Below the pieces are notes generated by a model. That model saw only the letters and a list, made by a program, of their open reading frames with translations. It searched no databases and had not been told where the DNA came from. DNA of 30,086 bases from Thermoproteota archaeon (GTDB taxonomy: Archaea; Thermoproteota; Thermoprotei; Thermofilales; B9-G17), in the NCBI GenBank assembly GCA_029258885.1, contig JAPDJW010000026.1:1-30086 (forward strand), given 5' to 3'. The translations under genes and the position numbers were made by a program. Shown piece after piece: positions 6,907 to 15,671 of the stretch. Within the stretch, counting starts at the first letter, position 1. Each line of letters opens with the position of its first letter.

Positions 6907-8340
6907 TTGGATTTACGGATTTATAACCACCCAATTCTAGAATTTAAGAGGGATAAGGAGGTATACTTCTACTTCAACGGTAAGAAAATTAAAGGATATA
7001 GTGGCGAAACCATAGCAGCAGCGCTATACGCCAGCGGATACAGAAGGATTACGAAGAGTCCTAAGTACAGGAGGCCTAGAGGTGTCTACTGCATGATAGG
7101 TAAGTGTTCATCCTGTATGGTTCGCTTAAATGGTGTACCGAACGTTAGGTCATGTATTGTTCCGGTGGAGAATGGAATGATTGTTGAGACGCAGGAGGGA
7201 TATGGAGAGTTACCCTCAAGTGTGAATTTAGAGAACTCTGAAGGCTGGGAGGAGATGGAGACAGATGTTGCTGTTGTAGGCGGTGGCCCCGCTGGTTTAT
7301 CTGCAGCCATATATGCTGCAAGGGTTGGAGCTAATGTTTTGCTTATGGATGAGAACTATAGGCTTGGGGGACAGCTTATTAAACAGACGCATAAGTTCTT
7401 TGGATCGAAGGATCTATACTCCGGTATAAGGGGCATCGAGATCGCTAGGATACTGGAGGACGAGGTTAGGAGTCTACCTAACATAGAGGTTATGCTTGGA
7501 GCCGAGGTCTTCGGCTTCTATGAGGGAAGAATTTTGGGCGTGCTTAGGGATAATAGGGTAGTGAAAGTTAAGGCGAAGACTATAGTTTTCGCCACAGGTG
7601 CATCCGAGAACTTTCTAGTCTTCGAGAACAACGATTTACCCGGTGTTATGGGCGCTGGAGCCGCCCAGACCCTGATGAACGTCTACGGGATAAAGCCCGG
7701 AAATAGCGTATTAATGGTTGGTGCAGGTAACGTCGGTTTAATAGTCTCCTATCAGATGCTTCAGGCAGGGATAGAGGTTAAAGCTATCGTCGAGGCTATG
7801 CCTAGAATAGGCGGATACGTGGTACACGCTGCTAAGGTTAGGAGGTATGGCGTACCAATACTCACATCACATACAATTAAACGGGCGCTAGGCAGGGATC
7901 ACGTAGAAGGCGCGACGATAGTTAAGCTTGACGAGAACTGGAACGAAATACCCGGCAGTGAAAGGGATATCGAAGTCGATACTATATGTCTAGCTGTCGG
8001 GTTAAACCCGAGCTCCCAGCTACTTTTCCAAGCTGGATGTGAAATGCGGTATATTCCCGAGCTCGGTGGTGAAGTTGCCTTGAGGGATGAAAATCTTGAA
8101 ACTACCGTTGAAGGCGTATTTGTTGCAGGCGATTTATCAGGTATTGAGGAAGCTTCAACGGCAATTCTTGAGGGGCGTATAGCTGGAATCTCTGCTGCTA
8201 TGAAGGTTGTGGGAGTTTCGAGCGAGTGGATTAAGAAGCGTGAAGAGATGAAAGCTATGCTTAAGGAGATAAGGTCTGGGCCGTTTAGCGCCAAGGTTGT
8301 TAGGGGTTTAAGGAAGGCCCTAATTGGGGTGGTCTCATGA
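6907..8340 (+). CDS. Dye-linked L-proline dehydrogenase/sarcosine oxidase alpha-like subunit (2Fe-2S domain plus FAD/NAD oxidoreductase)
   Basis: GETIAAAL...YRRPRGVYCMIGKCSSCMV; VAVVGGGPAGLSAA; FATGASE; GVFVAGD. Confidence 0.9.
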   Translation: MDLRIYNHPILEFKRDKEVYFYFNGKKIKGYSGETIAAALYASGYRRITKSPKYRRPRGVYCMIGKCSSCMVRLNGVPNVRSCIVPVENGMIVETQEGYGELPSSVNLENSEGWEEMETDVAVVGGGPAGLSAAIYAARVGANVLLMDENYRLGGQLIKQTHKFFGSKDLYSGIRGIEIARILEDEVRSLPNIEVMLGAEVFGFYEGRILGVLRDNRVVKVKAKTIVFATGASENFLVFENNDLPGVMGAGAAQTLMNVYGIKPGNSVLMVGAGNVGLIVSYQMLQAGIEVKAIVEAMPRIGGYVVHAAKVRRYGVPILTSHTIKRALGRDHVEGATIVKLDENWNEIPGSERDIEVDTICLAVGLNPSSQLLFQAGCEMRYIPELGGEVALRDENLETTVEGVFVAGDLSGIEEASTAILEGRIAGISAAMKVVGVSSEWIKKREEMKAMLKEIRSGPFSAKVVRGLRKALIGVVS

Positions 8341-8831
8341 GTTTTGAGACAACTGGAATTATTAGGGTTGAGGACTTAAGGAAACTTGGGTTAATGCCGA
8401 GTGAGGCTAGGATGCGTAAAGGGCCCGTGGTAATTGTTGAATGTGTCCAAAGGATACCGTGTGATGCCTGCGTATTTGCCTGTCCTTTTGGTGCTATAGT
8501 TAAAGAGAACATTAACGATATTCCTAAGGTCGATTTCAATAAATGTATTGGCTGCGGAGCTTGTGTTTTAAGGTGTCCGGGTTTAGCTATATTCGTTGTT
8601 GATCTTAGTATAGGGAATGGTAAGGCTCTGGTAACGGTGCCGTATGAGATGCTTCCTAGGCCTAGGGTAGGTTTAAGGGCTGAGCTTTTAGGTAGGGATG
8701 GGTCGTCTTTAGGCTATAGCAGGATAGTGAAGGTTGTTGAGTCGAAGGATAAGACTTATGCTGTTACAGTGGAGGTTGACGAGAAATTAGCTATGGAGGT
8801 TAGAGGTATAAGGGTGATGGGGGATGTGTGA
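8337..8831 (+). CDS. 2x[4Fe-4S] ferredoxin subunit of the proline dehydrogenase-type complex
   Basis: ECVQRIPCDACVFACP and CIGCGACVLRCPG. ATGA overlap with the upstream gene. Confidence 0.9.
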   Translation: MSFETTGIIRVEDLRKLGLMPSEARMRKGPVVIVECVQRIPCDACVFACPFGAIVKENINDIPKVDFNKCIGCGACVLRCPGLAIFVVDLSIGNGKALVTVPYEMLPRPRVGLRAELLGRDGSSLGYSRIVKVVESKDKTYAVTVEVDEKLAMEVRGIRVMGDV

Positions 8832-9114
8832 GGATAAGGGTAAGAAGTTTGTGTGTTTATGCGAAGAGGTAACCTATGAGGATGTTGTAAAGGCTATTAA
8901 GGAGGGCTATGATGACATAGAGTCGCTTAAGAGACACCTGAAAATTGGCATGGGTCCATGTCAAGGGAGGATATGTCTGCCTATAGTCGTTAGGATTATG
9001 GCTAGAGTTTTAGGCAAGAAGCCTGAGGAGATAGGGTATCCCAGCCAGAGGCCCCCCATATATCCTATTCCGTTTAAGGTCTTAGCTAAAGGTGAGAAGG
9101 ATGATGAAGGCTAA
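8824..9114 (+). CDS. BFD-like (2Fe-2S) small subunit
   Basis: VCLCEEVT...LKRHLKIGMGPCQGRIC...RPP. Confidence 0.9.
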   Translation: MCEDKGKKFVCLCEEVTYEDVVKAIKEGYDDIESLKRHLKIGMGPCQGRICLPIVVRIMARVLGKKPEEIGYPSQRPPIYPIPFKVLAKGEKDDEG

Positions 9115-10234
9115 CTGCGTAATTATAGGCGGAGGCATAAGCGGTCTCTCGATAGCTTACAATCTAGCCAAGCTAGGCATGGATAACATCGTTTTAGTTG
9201 AAAAAAGCTATTTGGGGAGTGGTTCAACGGGGAAGTGTGGCAGAGGAGTGAGGCAACAGTTTACAACTAGGGAGCACATAGTGCTGATGAGGGAGAGCGT
9301 TAAACTATGGGAGAACCTCTCCAGAGAGCTGGGTAGGGAGGTGTACTTTAGGCAGGGAGGTTACCTGTGGCTGCTTAGAAGCGAGGATGAGGTTAAGCTA
9401 TTTAAGGAGAATATAAAGTTTCAGAACAGCTTCGGCGTTCCAAGCAGGCTTCTCTCTGTCGAGGAGGCGAAGGAGATAGTTCCACAGCTTAACGAGGACG
9501 TATTTATAGCTGCAGCGTATTGCCATACCGATGGAACGGCTTCCCCCTTCGACACTATTGAGGCTTACGCTGAGGCTGCCACTAGGCTAGGCGTTAAGAT
9601 ATACAAGTTCACTGAAGCTAAGCGTATTATAGTTGAAAACGGGAAGGTTAAGGGAGTTGAAACAAGTAGGGGAACTATAGAATCACCTATTGTCGTCAAT
9701 GCTGCTGGATACGGAGCTAAGAAGCTGGCAAAAACTGCTGGGGTTGACCTCCCATTGGAGAACTATAGGCATCATATTATGGTTACTGAACCATTAAAAC
9801 AGTTCCTTAAGCCCATGGTCATCTACGGTACGTTATACTTCAATCAGGACGTACATGGGAATCTTATAGGAGGCATAGATTTAGATGAAAAACCAACCAA
9901 CGTTTTAACTCCACGGATAGAGTTTCTGGCAAAGTTTGCGAGAAATATTCTTAAGGTTATGCCAGTGCTTGGCGAGATTAAGGTTTTAAGGCAGTGGGCC
10001 GGATTCTACGTAGTTACTCCGGATCACCACCCGATTCTAGGCGAAGTAGACGAGGTCGACGGGCTCTATCTTGCAGTGGGATATAGTGGGCATGGATTCA
10101 TGATGGGACCCATAGTCGGTAAGGTTATAGCTGAGCTCATAGTTAAAGGAAAGCCTTCAATAGCCATAGATACTCTGAATTTAAGGAGATTCAAAGAGGG
10201 CAAATTAATTTATGAAAAAGCTATAATAGGATAA
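9101..10234 (+). CDS. FAD-dependent amino-acid oxidoreductase, proline dehydrogenase/sarcosine oxidase beta-like subunit
   Basis: VIIGGGISG; GSGSTGKCGRGVRQQF; RQWAGFYVVTPDHHPILG; GYSGHGFMMGP. Start set at ATG 9101 (or 9104) after the GGTGA at 9091. Confidence 0.9.
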   Translation: MMKANCVIIGGGISGLSIAYNLAKLGMDNIVLVEKSYLGSGSTGKCGRGVRQQFTTREHIVLMRESVKLWENLSRELGREVYFRQGGYLWLLRSEDEVKLFKENIKFQNSFGVPSRLLSVEEAKEIVPQLNEDVFIAAAYCHTDGTASPFDTIEAYAEAATRLGVKIYKFTEAKRIIVENGKVKGVETSRGTIESPIVVNAAGYGAKKLAKTAGVDLPLENYRHHIMVTEPLKQFLKPMVIYGTLYFNQDVHGNLIGGIDLDEKPTNVLTPRIEFLAKFARNILKVMPVLGEIKVLRQWAGFYVVTPDHHPILGEVDEVDGLYLAVGYSGHGFMMGPIVGKVIAELIVKGKPSIAIDTLNLRRFKEGKLIYEKAIIG

Positions 10235-10238
10235 TGGA

Positions 10239-11117
10239 ATGTTTAAGCTAAGCGAATCGCCTAGGCTTAAAACATACCTTAGACTATTTGGAGCGGAATC
10301 CATGTTAAATTATGGAAATTGCTTTATTTCATTAAGCTTCATATTATCGTCATTGGTCGGCATCCTCGCGTTCGTGATGCTAGAGGTCGTAATGATCTAT
10401 GAAGTATATTTAAACATGATATCCCTAGGAAACTTTCTATTCTTATCAATCGTTCTATCTGTGGCCTCCATAGTGCTTACCCGTGATATCATTGAAAGAG
10501 CGGATCTAATGGTTAACGCAGTAGCTGCATTTAATCCCATGACCCTACAAATAGATTCGATAGGAGTTACAGCCAGCCTTAATAGTGAGGAAATATCCAT
10601 TAAGTTTCTGGGAAGGGAATATCAGGCGGCATTGGTAAGGGTTAGAATATTAAATGTTAAGCCGCTAATAGAGTTTTTATTAACGTGGGATGATATGGCT
10701 AAGCTCCTGAACCTGCCGTTAGAGGCTCAACGCTTAATAGACGAAATGATTAAGATGAATGTCCGTAGAATTAAGGTGTTTGAGGAGAAAATAGATGGAA
10801 AATCTTGCTCTACCCTAGAGATTGAAGCTCCGAGAAAACATCTTAAGGAAGCTGTTAATGTGATTAGAAGACTTCAACTCCTTCTTCAAGGCAGCAAGTG
10901 TCCAGACTTTTACTTAAACATAGTTAAGAAGTTTTCAGGCAAAGTGAAGCTGGATAACTTGTTTGAATACATAGTTGAGATGCATGAGCCTATATTCGGG
11001 GAGAAATCTAGAAAGATAGTTGAGGATACTATCGAGAAGCTTAGGACTGTCTCAAAATGTAGTCGAAATGAGGCATTAATACACTTCTGGAAGACATGCA
11101 TGAAGGTGCATATATGA
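10239..11117 (+). CDS. Hypothetical membrane-anchored protein (two N-terminal TM segments, C-terminal helical module)
   Basis: Hydrophobic stretches near aa 28-50 and 60-80. The stop overlaps the next ATG (ATGA). Confidence 0.75.
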   Translation: MFKLSESPRLKTYLRLFGAESMLNYGNCFISLSFILSSLVGILAFVMLEVVMIYEVYLNMISLGNFLFLSIVLSVASIVLTRDIIERADLMVNAVAAFNPMTLQIDSIGVTASLNSEEISIKFLGREYQAALVRVRILNVKPLIEFLLTWDDMAKLLNLPLEAQRLIDEMIKMNVRRIKVFEEKIDGKSCSTLEIEAPRKHLKEAVNVIRRLQLLLQGSKCPDFYLNIVKKFSGKVKLDNLFEYIVEMHEPIFGEKSRKIVEDTIEKLRTVSKCSRNEALIHFWKTCMKVHI

Positions 11118-11674
11118 AGATATATTTTCTGACAGGTAACAGAAACAAGTATCTTGAGGCAAAAAGGATTTTCGAGGAATTTAACCTAAAGCTTGATATG
11201 AAGAGATACCGTAAAGTTGAGATACAAAGCAACTCGCTCGAGGAGATTGTTAGATACGCTGTCTTGAAGGCAGCCGAAGACTTTAGTGAAACGTTCGTTA
11301 TCGAGGACGATGGTTTATTTATCGAGTGTTTAAACGGCTTTCCAGGTCCCTATTCAGCGTATGTATATAGAACCCTAGGGCTTGTGAGGATACTTAAACT
11401 AATGGAGCATGAAGCTAACAGAAGAGCATACTTTAAATCAGTTGTAGGACTATTTATTCCAAGATTGGGCATACGTGTTTTCACAGGTGTTTCTGAGGGT
11501 AGGATTTCAATGAAGCTACGTGGAGAAGGGGGCTTCGGATACGATCCAATATTCATACCGGATGGATCGGAGAAGACGTTCGCTGAAATGAGCGTGAATG
11601 AGAAGAACAAATTTTCGCATAGAGCTAAAGCCTTCAGGAAGGTATGTAGCTTCCTTAAAGAGCTGCGATCCTAG
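11114..11674 (+). CDS. rdgB: Non-canonical purine NTP pyrophosphatase (RdgB/HAM1, XTP/dITP diphosphatase)
   Basis: YFLTGNRNKY; IEDDGLFIECLNGFPGPYS; GFGYDPIF; KNKFSHRAKA. Start at ATG 11114. Confidence 0.95.
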   Translation: MKIYFLTGNRNKYLEAKRIFEEFNLKLDMKRYRKVEIQSNSLEEIVRYAVLKAAEDFSETFVIEDDGLFIECLNGFPGPYSAYVYRTLGLVRILKLMEHEANRRAYFKSVVGLFIPRLGIRVFTGVSEGRISMKLRGEGGFGYDPIFIPDGSEKTFAEMSVNEKNKFSHRAKAFRKVCSFLKELRS

Positions 11675-11713
11675 GGGCGATATAGATATAAGCCTTTTTT
11701 AGCAGACTATAAT

Positions 11714-12316
11714 ATGGATCGCCAGAATTTCCTCATTTTAAGCTGGGATGAATACTTTAAGGCGTCACTTAAGCTCTCCGAACTAATCATAGAGGACATG
11801 TTTAGGCCTGATATAATAGTTACAATTGCTAGAGGAGGATGGGTTGTAGGCCGCATACTCTCCGACTTACTTGATATAAGCGAGACTGCAAGCCTAGTTA
11901 TAAGATTCTACAAGGACGTGGGAGAAAAAGGCGAGAAACCTGTGCTAAAGCAGGCATTAAACGTGGACGTCCTAGGCCTAAAGGTACTGCTCGTCGACGA
12001 TGTAGCCGACACTGGACAGACGTTGATGCTCGCTAGGCAGCATGTTCTTGAACAAGGAGCTGATATCGTTAAAACAGCAACACCATATATCAAGCCATGG
12101 TCCAAGTACATCCCAGACTACTGGGTATATAAGACAGATAAATGGATAGTTTTCCCCTACGAAATTAGAGAGACCATAACCACACTTGTTAAAAAGATAA
12201 TAGAGGAGGGATTCACCAGCGAAAAGGAGATAATTGATAGGCTAGTAATACTAGGCTTCGGAAGAAGCATAGCGGAATACCTTGTTCCCAAAATACTTAA
12301 TACTCTACGTACATGA
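11714..12316 (+). CDS. Type I phosphoribosyltransferase (purine salvage-like, COG2236)
   Basis: IVTIARGG; PRPP-binding loop VLLVDDVADTGQTL; WIVFPYE. Confidence 0.9.
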   Translation: MDRQNFLILSWDEYFKASLKLSELIIEDMFRPDIIVTIARGGWVVGRILSDLLDISETASLVIRFYKDVGEKGEKPVLKQALNVDVLGLKVLLVDDVADTGQTLMLARQHVLEQGADIVKTATPYIKPWSKYIPDYWVYKTDKWIVFPYEIRETITTLVKKIIEEGFTSEKEIIDRLVILGFGRSIAEYLVPKILNTLRT

Positions 12317-12341
12317 GATAGGCTAATATAGCTGTCTCATG
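12312..12341. repeat. Inverted repeat CATGAGATAGGC-TAATATA-GCTGTCTCATG at the PRT stop codon (terminator or operator candidate)
   Basis: CATGAGA/TCTCATG perfect arms, extended by a wobble pair and a bulge. Confidence 0.45.
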
Positions 12342-12354
12342 AATGTAGAGTATT

Positions 12355-12818
12355 ATGAAGCCCTCAGAAATAACTATTTTAAAGCGTTTAATAAGGGTTT
12401 CAGCTAAGATAGGTGATTTACTGGAGGTAGGTGTAGTAGGGCTCAACTATATAGAGCTTTAAAGGAGCTATTGAGGCTTAATATAGTGGAGAGGGACGGC
12501 TAGTATCTATTGCTAAGAATGAGACTGTTTTACTCTTGAAAAATGTAGCTTTAAAAATATAATGTAGCTGAGGAAAAAGCATACGTAGTACTGGAAACCA
12601 TAGAGATGCTTAAGGAAGCATATAACATACATGTATCAAGGAGAGTAAAATCAAGGCTTGAGAAACTAGCCCTAAGATACTTTATAAAGAAGGCTCTTGA
12701 TATGGAATATACCACACCCAGAGAGATAGGGCTTCTAATCGGATACCCCGAATCTAAAATAAGGAGAGTACTCCGTGAAATAAAGGCGAAGGCTAGTACA
12801 TCATCAACTATTTCTTAA
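12355..12818 (+). pseudogene. Degraded winged-helix/HTH regulator
   Basis: Three fragments in different frames, separated by stops: MKPSEITILKRLIRVSAKIGDLLEVG; CSRAQLYRALKELLRLNIVERDG*; AEEKAYVVLETIEMLKEAYN...TTPREIGLLIGYPESKIRRVLREI. Confidence 0.6.
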
Positions 12819-12820
12819 TT

Positions 12821-13423
12821 CTAGCTAGGTATTTTAGTTATCTGTGCTCCTATTAGCTTATTATTAGGAAGCAGTACTACTTTTCCATCGTCCGTCCTTA
12901 TAACCGTGAATAAGGTTGTTATATCCTCAACCACGCCCGTTACACCGCCTACCGAGACCTTCTCTCCTATCTGAAATGGCCTCGCCACTAGTATGAATAT
13001 CCCCGCTAGTGCCTGGCTTAATACCTGCTGCGAGGCAAAGCCTATAACCATCCCCATAAATCCACCTAGAGCCACTCCTGCTGTCGGCGACGCCATCGAA
13101 CCTGTAATCGACGCAAGGAGCGCGCCCACCCCAAGTATTTTAAATATGTTCCTAACAGCTGCTGCGGTTGAATGATTATATTTTGCTCTAAGCGACCAGT
13201 ATACGGTATTTGAGAAGGCTATAACTATAAAATATCCGAAGACGAGCGCTAAGCTTAAATCAACATACGGCTTATATTCAAGTACCTTCTCGTACTTGAG
13301 AGCTTCATATAGAATATCTTCAATTAAATATTTTGTAACTATTGAGGCAATGATATATGATGCTATCGCCAGGATAAGCTTTATAATAGCCCTTCTAAGC
13401 TTACTAACATACTCCTTCTTCAT
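12821..13423 (-). CDS. mscS: Small-conductance mechanosensitive channel (MscS family, short form)
   Basis: IGFASQQVLSQALAGIFILVARPFQIGEKV...GVVEDITTLFTVIRTDDGKVVLLPN. Confidence 0.9.
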   Translation of the reverse strand: MKKEYVSKLRRAIIKLILAIASYIIASIVTKYLIEDILYEALKYEKVLEYKPYVDLSLALVFGYFIVIAFSNTVYWSLRAKYNHSTAAAVRNIFKILGVGALLASITGSMASPTAGVALGGFMGMVIGFASQQVLSQALAGIFILVARPFQIGEKVSVGGVTGVVEDITTLFTVIRTDDGKVVLLPNNKLIGAQITKIPS

Positions 13424-13562
13424 ACTCCCTCTCCACTACATGTTTGTAAAGCGCTAATTCTCATATTTAATTATACCTTAAAAATGAATATATCTAACAT
13501 TTACTTCACTAGCCTTCCTAGCCAATTATAACAATCCCTTTATTTATAGTCGGTGTAGGTGA

Positions 13563-13678
13563 ATCAGAGATATTCTGGCAGCCTTAGCCCCGGACAGCTG
13601 GGACTGTTTGCACTACCAGTAACTATTAGTTTCAGCCAGTATTCTGATCCGTAATGGTAATTAGCGGGATTACCTTTT
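13563..13678 (+). other. Candidate structured RNA or leader upstream of lplA
   Basis: ATCAGA-G-ATA-TT-CTGGC (13563-13579) pairs with GCCAG-TAT-TCTGAT (13635-13648). The hairpin GGTAAT/ATTACC (13656-13674) is followed by TTTT. TATA-like TTTATTTATA lies at 13539-13548. Confidence 0.4.
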
Positions 13679-13696
13679 CAATATTGGATGAGGAAT

Positions 13697-14455
13697 ATGT
13701 CCAAGGCGTGGAGGCTTATAGTGGACGCTCACGATGTATTCTGGAATATGGCTATGGATGAAGCCATGCTTCTTCTCAGAAATAGAGGGGTGATTCCGAA
13801 TACGGTTAGACTGTACGTTATCAAGCCAAGTGCAGTAACTATAGGGTATTTTCAGAAGATTAAGGAGGCAGTTGACTTGGAGTATATAACAGCAAACAAT
13901 ATTCCAGTAGCTAGGAGGATAACAGGCGGAGGCTCCGTATACCACGATGAAGCGGGAGAGGTTACCTACTGTGTTGTTGCAGATACATCGGAGTTTCCTG
14001 GGGATGTTGAGGATAGCTATAGGAGGATATGTGGGGTTCTAGTTAGGGCTATAGGGAAATTTGGGGTTAAGGCTGAGTTTAAGCCTGTCAATGACATCAT
14101 TATTAATGGGAGGAAGATTTCTGGAAGCGCCCAGGCTAGGAAGGGTAGGGCTTTAATGCAACACGGGACTTTAATGTATAATACGGATATAGAGGTATTA
14201 GCTAATGTCCTGAAGGCTCCTAAGGAGAAACTTAAGGCTCATGGTGTTAAGTCGATACTTGAGAGAGTAACAACCCTATCTAAGGAACTCGGCAGAAAGG
14301 TTGAAAGAGATGAGGTTATTAAGGCTTTAATTGAATCATTCGAGGAGGAGCTTGATATTAGGCTTGTTAAGGGTAGCTATGTGGAGGAGGAGGTTAAGCT
14401 TGCTGGGAGGCTCCTCGAGAAGTATAGGAGTAGGGAGTGGCTGTATAGGAGATAA
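13697..14455 (+). CDS. lplA: Lipoate-protein ligase A, catalytic subunit
   Basis: NMAMDEA; VARRITGGGSVYHD; NDIIINGRKISGSAQ; QHGTL. Start is ATG 13697 (GAGG SD) or 13688. Confidence 0.92.
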   Translation: MSKAWRLIVDAHDVFWNMAMDEAMLLLRNRGVIPNTVRLYVIKPSAVTIGYFQKIKEAVDLEYITANNIPVARRITGGGSVYHDEAGEVTYCVVADTSEFPGDVEDSYRRICGVLVRAIGKFGVKAEFKPVNDIIINGRKISGSAQARKGRALMQHGTLMYNTDIEVLANVLKAPKEKLKAHGVKSILERVTTLSKELGRKVERDEVIKALIESFEEELDIRLVKGSYVEEEVKLAGRLLEKYRSREWLYRR

Positions 14456-14732
14456 CAGGTGGCTTAGCGCATCGAGGAAGATTAAGGGAGGCAAGATGAT
14501 TAAGGTTGAAGTTAAGGTTATAGACGATAGGGTTGAGGATGTGATTATAAGTGGTGATTTCTTCGCCTATCCAGCTGAGGCAATAGAGGATATGGAGAAG
14601 GATATGAAGGGGCTTAGCCTGGTAAAACTGCCAGAGATAGTAGAGAACTATAGGAGCAAGGTTAAGCTTGTTGGAGTAACTCTGGACGACTTAAAGACGT
14701 TAATTGAGGAATTGGTCCATAGAGAATTATAA
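14445..14732 (+). CDS. lplB: Lipoate-protein ligase C-terminal subunit (LplB-like); probable ATA start
   Basis: SASRKIKGGKMIKVEVKV...IISGDFFAYPAEAIEDME. The first in-frame ATG (14496) lies after the conserved GGK. ATA 14445 follows GGGAG. Confidence 0.8.
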   Translation: MGDNRWLSASRKIKGGKMIKVEVKVIDDRVEDVIISGDFFAYPAEAIEDMEKDMKGLSLVKLPEIVENYRSKVKLVGVTLDDLKTLIEELVHREL

Positions 14733-14849
14733 ACGCATGCAAAGAATGACGAAATCTCTCAAATTTTATTAAACTACATCTATGCTCTCCACTAGATCGC
14801 TAAAACGTACAGATAACATTATGAGGAAGGAGAGATTTAATAATTAATA

Positions 14850-14899
14850 ATGATGTAATTTTCGGGGATCTGATGCTTGATGAAGCCCTTATCGGCTGA
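14850..14899 (+). ncRNA. C/D box methylation-guide sRNA
   Basis: C box ATGATGT (14850-14856), guide AATTTTCGGGGAT, D' CTGA (14870-14873), C' TGATGA (14878-14883), guide AGCCCTTATCGG, D CTGA (14896-14899). Canonical order and spacing, in an intergenic gap. Confidence 0.8.
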
Positions 14900-14900
14900 T

Positions 14901-15584
14901 TTAAGTACCATGAATATACGTGCTAACTAGCATAAAGTTGTAGATTCCATTATATGCGGGTACTCTAACATGCCAGTTGTCCCGATCAACTATAATCGCT
15001 ATACTCCTTCCCGGGAAGTTAGGGTCGTAGGCTCTAAAGACTATATATTTCCCCGTATTCCTGTAGGAGTATGCTAGCACTAGATGACAGCCCGTATCCC
15101 TTAATATATTCCATTTAAATGGATCTCTTAGAAACAATGGAACCGGCTCACCCCGCCCTATAATTCTCATAGCCTTTAAAACCTCTTTCCTTACAGATAT
15201 GATCTTGAGGAACAGCTTTAGTCCCGTTATCCAGTAGCTTGGATCGAGCAGAACCTTATTCGTCCAATATTCTATAACATCGTATGCCTCAGTTAATGTT
15301 AGCCTATAGGCTACATCCCTATTATTCGGTGCCTTATCGGGATGTTCGTATAGGTATTTGGATGCAAGACACATTCCCTGGCAGTGTCCATATCCATGGA
15401 TCCTGCTGTAGATAATAGGTACTAGGAGCCTTATGAAAAATCTCAGTAACCTACCTAATAAACAGCTACGGTCGATGTTAACCTCATCTACAGAAGGTCT
15501 TCTGCATTTACCCTTAAACACTGTTGTGTATTCACGGTTACTAAACGAGAAGCCATTTAGCTTAGGATCATATTCTTTGAGCAT
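14901..15584 (-). CDS. Hypothetical protein with a papain-like Cys peptidase signature
   Basis: YDPKLNGFSFSN; GHCQGM (Cys); GCHLVLAYSY (His); RAYDPN (Asp/Asn). Confidence 0.65.
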   Translation of the reverse strand: MLKEYDPKLNGFSFSNREYTTVFKGKCRRPSVDEVNIDRSCLLGRLLRFFIRLLVPIIYSRIHGYGHCQGMCLASKYLYEHPDKAPNNRDVAYRLTLTEAYDVIEYWTNKVLLDPSYWITGLKLFLKIISVRKEVLKAMRIIGRGEPVPLFLRDPFKWNILRDTGCHLVLAYSYRNTGKYIVFRAYDPNFPGRSIAIIVDRDNWHVRVPAYNGIYNFMLVSTYIHGT

Positions 15585-15671
15585 GCTTACAGCCTAAATA
15601 GATGCTTCGTGTCATGTTGTTATTACGAGCTACCAGAGATAAGTTTATCATTTAAAGTTACTTAATTTTAA

